From: Abditibacterium sp.
Lineage (GTDB): Bacteria > Armatimonadota > Abditibacteriia > Abditibacteriales > Abditibacteriaceae
Reading direction: 5' to 3'
Assembly (NCBI GenBank): GCA_965199495.1
Contig: CBDASK010000003.1
Coordinates: forward strand, 3,680,001 to 3,744,000
DNA: 64,000 bases
Positions within the stretch are counted from its first letter, which is position 1, and each line of letters starts with the position of its first letter. The notes under the pieces are model-generated. The model was not told the DNA's origin. It saw only the letters and a list, made by a program, of their open reading frames with translations, and made no database searches. Shown piece by piece: positions 59,195 to 64,000 of the stretch. Both the position numbers and the translations under genes were made by a program.

Positions 59195-60669
59195 CCCAAG
59201 CCTTTGTCGCTCAACTTCTCGATAGTGAAATTGTAACCCTTACTTCCGGGCGCGGGCATCGAGTTCATTGTGTTCGCCATATCCTGCAACTTGTCGTCGA
59301 ATTCAGAGCAGAGCAAAATTGCTTCTTCTGGAAATTCTTTTTTATCCATGACAAGGCCATCCCAATACATTTTTAATTGGTAAAGATGTTCGGGTGAACC
59401 TTTGCCAATCTTGATCTCGTAGATGATAATTTGCCCGTCTTTCTTCTTTCGATAAACGTCGATTTTAGTTCCAGAAGGCCAAACGCTAACTTCTTTTGTG
59501 ACCGTCTCGTCTTTGTTTGTGGCTTTTAACATTTTGATCCACTGATCTCGGAGTTCGGCCTCGGAGGCGCTTCTTGGTTCTCTGGGAGGTCGAAATTTAT
59601 TCAATTCCTCGAATATCTTTTCCCAATTGGAATCATCCAAATTGAAGTCAGTTTTGTTGTTGACCGTTGTGAGCAACCCGCGCGGAACTGCTGGAATTAT
59701 AAGCTCTCCAACAAAGTCGTTGTATCCATTGTGCCGCGAAACTTGGGAACCGCTCTTATCCTTCCATATGGTTTCAAATTGCCGAGTAGCGATAGTGCGA
59801 TTTCCCAAGCGAATATCTACACCCTGTGTCGGAATATTGCCTTGATAGTAGAACTTCGCTTTAGATCCACTTACCAGTTCATCTCTTTTCACCGGATCAA
59901 TGGAACCAAATTGGTATTCAAGCGGGTATTCGACGCCATCTAAGACAACAGCAAAATATTTTTTGTCGCTTTTAGCAAATGGAATTTCGATGGTCGGCAC
60001 ATTCTTTTTGGTTTTGCCAACATGAACCGTGATGACGCCTTTGTTGTCTCCGGTTTTTGGATCGACCTGAAGAAAACCGCGATATAGAACTCCCAAATGT
60101 TCTATGAGCCAACTCCGCAGTGCATCCAAATCGGTTGCTTTGGCGCCTCTCCCTTGCAAGGTTTGAATAAAAGAGAGCTTGACGGGAACTCGAATGACAG
60201 TTGAAAAATCAGACGGCAGTAGGTCAAATTCTGGCGCATCGGCATCATCTACGATTTCCATTTTGGGGCGAAACGGCCCTTTCACAGAGCAGTATTTGCC
60301 TTCGCCCGGAACGTGTGTCCACATTTGCCATGCTCCATTGCCGCCAGACAAAGTTGCCAGAGCATTCTTCAATCCAAAACCATGCTCATTGAGTCTATTC
60401 TCCACTGTCGCAGATTCGCCCAGTTGCAAAGCCTTTTGAAGAATCTCAGATGTCATGCCGCGCCCATTGTCGGCAATGATGAGATCAACTAAGCCATCAG
60501 AATTTTTATTTGAGAAAATGATGTCGATTTTGAACTTCTCGCCATCTTTTACAGACGCGATAGAGTTATCAACCAACTCACTAATGCACTGGTGAAACAA
60601 AATGTTCTGTTTTGCAAGACCGCGAAAAGTGCCTTCGTTTGTAATCAGATCAACTGTGATGAGTGCCAT
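59191..60669 (-). CDS. GHKL (HATPase/MORC-like) ATPase fused to a C-terminal PD-(D/E)xK-like nuclease
   Basis: ELVDNS, DNGRGM, EHGFGLK; C-terminal KIDV...YEIK...YQLKMY; visibly lower GC than the flanks. Confidence 0.78.
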   Translation of the reverse strand: MALITVDLITNEGTFRGLAKQNILFHQCISELVDNSIASVKDGEKFKIDIIFSNKNSDGLVDLIIADNGRGMTSEILQKALQLGESATVENRLNEHGFGLKNALATLSGGNGAWQMWTHVPGEGKYCSVKGPFRPKMEIVDDADAPEFDLLPSDFSTVIRVPVKLSFIQTLQGRGAKATDLDALRSWLIEHLGVLYRGFLQVDPKTGDNKGVITVHVGKTKKNVPTIEIPFAKSDKKYFAVVLDGVEYPLEYQFGSIDPVKRDELVSGSKAKFYYQGNIPTQGVDIRLGNRTIATRQFETIWKDKSGSQVSRHNGYNDFVGELIIPAVPRGLLTTVNNKTDFNLDDSNWEKIFEELNKFRPPREPRSASEAELRDQWIKMLKATNKDETVTKEVSVWPSGTKIDVYRKKKDGQIIIYEIKIGKGSPEHLYQLKMYWDGLVMDKKEFPEEAILLCSEFDDKLQDMANTMNSMPAPGSKGYNFTIEKLSDKGLG

Positions 60670-60694
60670 GTTTTGAAAGCTTAATACCTGATCT

Positions 60695-60730
60695 GAAAAG
60701 CGGCGAAGCCAAAAGACTTCGCCGCTTTTC
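60695..60730 (-). terminator. Intrinsic terminator after ppdK
   Basis: gaaaagcggcgaag-ccaaaaga-cttcgccgcttttc. Confidence 0.75.
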
Positions 60731-60757
60731 AATTACCGTCTATTTTACTACAACTTC

Positions 60758-63421
60758 TTACTGCGACAACGCCGCTTGCGCCGCCGCCAAGCGTGCCACC
60801 GGCACGCGTTTGGGACTGCACGAAACGTAGGTTAAACCCAACGTGTTGCAGAACTTCACGCTATCGGGGTCGCCGCCCTGTTCGCCGCAGATGCCCAACT
60901 TGATGTTCGGGTTCACCTTGCGCGCGTCGTCCACGCAAATCTGCATCAGGCGACCGACGCCGGTTGTGTCAATCGAAACCGTCGGGTCTTCTTTGTAGAT
61001 TTCCTGCGCGATGTAGGGCATCAGGAACGGGCCAGCGTCGTCGCGGCTCATGCCAAACGTCATCTGCGTCAGGTCGTTGGTGCCGAAGCTGAAGAACTCG
61101 GCTTCGTCAGCGATTTCGCCCGCCGTCAGACAGGCGCGCGGAATCTCGATCATGGTGCCGAACTTATACGGCACTTGCTGGCCTTCTTTGTCCGCCGTCT
61201 CTTTAGCAACGCGCTCCAACTGGGTCTTGATGACCTTCAGTTCGTTGACGTGGCCGATCAGGGGAATCATGATTTCGGGCTGAACATCGATGCCCTCGGC
61301 CTTGACCTGCGCCGCCGCGCCGACGATGGCCGCGACCTGCATCTCGACGATGCCGGGGAACACGATGCTCAAACGCACGCCGCGCAGACCCAACATCGGG
61401 TTTTGCTCGTGCAGTTCGCGCACTTTGTCGAGCAGCGTGGACTTCTCTTCGTCCACCAAACCTTTGGAATCCAAAACCGCCATTTCGCGCTCCAGCTCGA
61501 TCTGATTGGGCAAGAACTCGTGCAACGGCGGGTCGATCAAACGCACGGTGACGGGTTTGCCGTCCATCGCGCGGAAGATGCCGACGAAGTCCTCGCGCTG
61601 AATCGGCAACAGCTCGTCCAACGCTTTCTGGCGATCTTCGTCGTCCGCCGCCAAAACCATGCGGCGCACGATCGGCAGACGATCCTCTTCCAAAAACATG
61701 TGCTCGGTGCGGCACAAACCGATGCCTTCGGCGCCCAGTCCAATAGCTTCCTCCGCCTGTTCGGGCGTGTCGGCGTTGGCGCGCACGCCCATCGTGCGGA
61801 ACTCGTCCACCCAGCCCATCAAGGTGCCAAAATCGCCGCTCTGTCCCGCCGGTTCGACTTCGAGTTGGCCCTGATAAACGATGCCCTCGGTGCCGTCAAT
61901 GGTGATCCAGTCGCCCTCTTTGATGACCGTCCCATCGGGCGTCGAGAACTCGGTCGCGTGATGACCGCTCAACTTCATATCCGAGCAACCGCAGATCGTC
62001 GGAATGCCGAACTGACGCGCGACCAGGGCGGCGTGGCTGGTGCGTCCGCCGCGACTGGTCAAAACGCCCTGCGCCGCCAGCATGCCCTTCAGATCGTCGG
62101 GCGTAGTTTCCTGCGTGCACATGATGACCGGCTTTTCCTGCCCGCCCTTGCCCAGCTCCGCCGCTTTCTCCGACGAGAAAACCGCGATGCCGACCGCTCC
62201 GCCCGGCCCCGCGTTCAAGCCTTTGGCGATGACTTTACCTGAAGCGGTATTCTTCAAACGCGGGTGCAGCGCCTGTTCCAGACCACCGGCGGGCACGCGC
62301 ATGACGGCCTCTTCTTTGGAAATGAAACCGTCATTCACCATTTCGACGGCGATGCGAATCGCGGCGGTGCCGGTGCGCTTGCCGCTGCGACATTGCAGGA
62401 TGAACAGCTTGTTCTTCTCGATGGTGAACTCGATGTCCTGCATATCCTTATAGTGATCTTCCAGGCGCAAAGCGTTGGCGATCAGCTCGTCGTAAATCGC
62501 CTTGTTATCGCGTTCGAGTTCGGCGATTTCTTTGGGCGTGCGCACACCAGCCACGACGTCTTCGCCCTGCGCGTTGGCCAGGTATTCGCCGTAAATCACG
62601 TTCTCGCCGGTCGCCGCGTTGCGCGTGAACATCACGCCGCTTCCGGAATCTTCGCCCATGTTGCCAAAGACCATCGCCTGCACGTTGACGGCAGTGCCAA
62701 TCGAGTGCGAAATCTTCTCTTTGTTGCGATAAATGATGGCGCGCGGGTTGTTCCACGAACGGAAAACGGCGGTAATCGAAGTCTCCAACTGCTCATACGG
62801 ATCGGACGGAAACTCGCGCCCGGTCTGTTCTTTAAAGAACTCTTTGTATTTGACGCACAATGCTTTCCACTCGTCGCCGGTCACGTCGGTGTCCTCTTCT
62901 TTGCCGAGCGATTGTTTGTGTTCGGTCAGCATCTGCTCGAAACCTTCTTTGCTCAGACCGGGATAATCGGCTTTGAGCGTGATGTCCGAAAACATCATGA
63001 TAAAGCGGCGATACGAATCGTAGGCGAAACGCGTGTTGCCGCCCGCCGTGGCTGCTAAGCCTTCGACCGATTCGTCGTTGAGGCCTAAGTTCAAAACCGT
63101 GTCCATCATGCCGGGCAGGGAAAACTTGGCGCCCGAACGAACCGAAAAGAGCAGGGGATTGGACGGATCGCCGAACTTGCGGCCCATTTGGTTTTCGACA
63201 TCGGCGACGGCTTGTTTCACGTCGTCCATCAAACCGGCGGGGATTTGTTTGTTGTTGGCGTAATACTGCGTGCAGACTTCGGTTGTGACGGTGAAGCCGG
63301 GAGGCACGGGCAGACCGATATTGGTCATTTCGGCGAGGTTGGCGCCTTTGCCGCCGAGCAGGTCGCGCAGAGATTTGTCGCCTTCGCGGAAGAGCCAGAC
63401 GCTTTTATGTTGATTTTCCAT
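60758..63421 (-). CDS. ppdK: Pyruvate, phosphate dikinase
   Basis: LGGKGANLAEM, SVRSGA, GEDVVAG.RTP, GGRTSHAA (phospho-His), GIGLCRTEHMF, SFGTNDLTQ. Confidence 0.98.
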   Translation of the reverse strand: MENQHKSVWLFREGDKSLRDLLGGKGANLAEMTNIGLPVPPGFTVTTEVCTQYYANNKQIPAGLMDDVKQAVADVENQMGRKFGDPSNPLLFSVRSGAKFSLPGMMDTVLNLGLNDESVEGLAATAGGNTRFAYDSYRRFIMMFSDITLKADYPGLSKEGFEQMLTEHKQSLGKEEDTDVTGDEWKALCVKYKEFFKEQTGREFPSDPYEQLETSITAVFRSWNNPRAIIYRNKEKISHSIGTAVNVQAMVFGNMGEDSGSGVMFTRNAATGENVIYGEYLANAQGEDVVAGVRTPKEIAELERDNKAIYDELIANALRLEDHYKDMQDIEFTIEKNKLFILQCRSGKRTGTAAIRIAVEMVNDGFISKEEAVMRVPAGGLEQALHPRLKNTASGKVIAKGLNAGPGGAVGIAVFSSEKAAELGKGGQEKPVIMCTQETTPDDLKGMLAAQGVLTSRGGRTSHAALVARQFGIPTICGCSDMKLSGHHATEFSTPDGTVIKEGDWITIDGTEGIVYQGQLEVEPAGQSGDFGTLMGWVDEFRTMGVRANADTPEQAEEAIGLGAEGIGLCRTEHMFLEEDRLPIVRRMVLAADDEDRQKALDELLPIQREDFVGIFRAMDGKPVTVRLIDPPLHEFLPNQIELEREMAVLDSKGLVDEEKSTLLDKVRELHEQNPMLGLRGVRLSIVFPGIVEMQVAAIVGAAAQVKAEGIDVQPEIMIPLIGHVNELKVIKTQLERVAKETADKEGQQVPYKFGTMIEIPRACLTAGEIADEAEFFSFGTNDLTQMTFGMSRDDAGPFLMPYIAQEIYKEDPTVSIDTTGVGRLMQICVDDARKVNPNIKLGICGEQGGDPDSVKFCNTLGLTYVSCSPKRVPVARLAAAQAALSQ

Positions 63422-63852
63422 GTTATGTTGAGGATTTCCTGTTGGTGGGGATTCCATATAAAGGATAGCAAACGCGCGTTTAGGCGGGCAATAAATGAGT
63501 GCGCATCGGCGCGAGAAGTCAAATATTAAGGCGTGTTGAGCGAACAACGATGTATTTTTACGCTTGTTGCTGAAGTTCTTTGGGTGAAGGATCAACCAAT
63601 TCTCCAGATTTTTGTGGGGTAAAACAGAGTTTATGAATTCATAAAAATAAAATTTCAAATTCATAAAAATTCTCTTGATTTCTGCTGAAGAAATCATATA
63701 AGATGAATTTGCCTGTTGCCGCCGAGCCTTTGCGTGCGATTGTTGTGGTGCAATCATCGGCATCAAGAGTGGCGCTGGCTTATGTATCGCCGCAGTTTTG
63801 ATCCGCTCTGTCGTTGCGTTGCGCGCGGGCGAAAACAGGAGAACTCATTTAC

Positions 63853-64000
63853 ATGAAACAACTTTCTTTGCGAGTGATGATGTGCGCGCTGATGGTCGCG
63901 CTGTGGACTTCGGGCGCGCGCGCCGATGGCTTGGTCAAGTCGGTGAATTTTGCTTTGACGCCCAATCCTATGAGTAGTTCGTGTGCGACCGCTTACGGTT
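63853..64000 (+). CDS. Start of a secreted protein, truncated by the window edge
   Basis: MKQLSLRVMMCALMVALWTSGARA-DG signal peptide; frame open to the end of the window. Confidence 0.55.
   Translation, partial: MKQLSLRVMMCALMVALWTSGARADGLVKSVNFALTPNPMSSSCATAYG

Noticed and set aside
63422..63766. 115-aa N-terminal extension of PpdK
   Set aside because: AT-rich, promoter-like sequence; recognisable PpdK sequence begins at MENQHKSVWLF.
1..64000. tRNA, rRNA, prophage or integrase genes
   Set aside because: None recognised; nearly all of the sequence is accounted for by protein genes and palindromes.

Overview
This is a GC-rich bacterial chromosomal window; the taxon cannot be fixed from the sequence alone. 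Most of it is housekeeping and metabolic genes (coaE, ilvD, miaB, ppdK, a DegP-type protease, DsbD, a sugar ABC transporter, several glycoside hydrolases and a ~3,300-aa cyclic beta-1,2-glucan synthase), separated by many long intergenic palindromes from several families. The main discovery is at 42018-44104: a radical-SAM spore-photoproduct-lyase-family gene fractured by a naturally split intein. The split falls at the third Cys of the CxxxCxxC motif, and an HNH homing-endonuclease gene lies between the two halves on the opposite strand, sharing a CATG start with the C-half. Other candidates are: (i) a two-gene cassette after ilvD whose products share an N-terminal Q/N-rich amyloid-like motif, bounded by a duplicated ilvD 3' end; (ii) a defence island with a GHKL-ATPase/PD-(D/E)xK fusion, an EcoRV-like R-M pair, toxin-antitoxin genes and a relic copy of the R gene; (iii) an apparently catalytically dead SRAP domain fused to a SWIM finger; (iv) an IS200-type HUH transposase flanked by REPIN-like palindromes. 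All family calls come from reading motifs by eye; no database searches were run.
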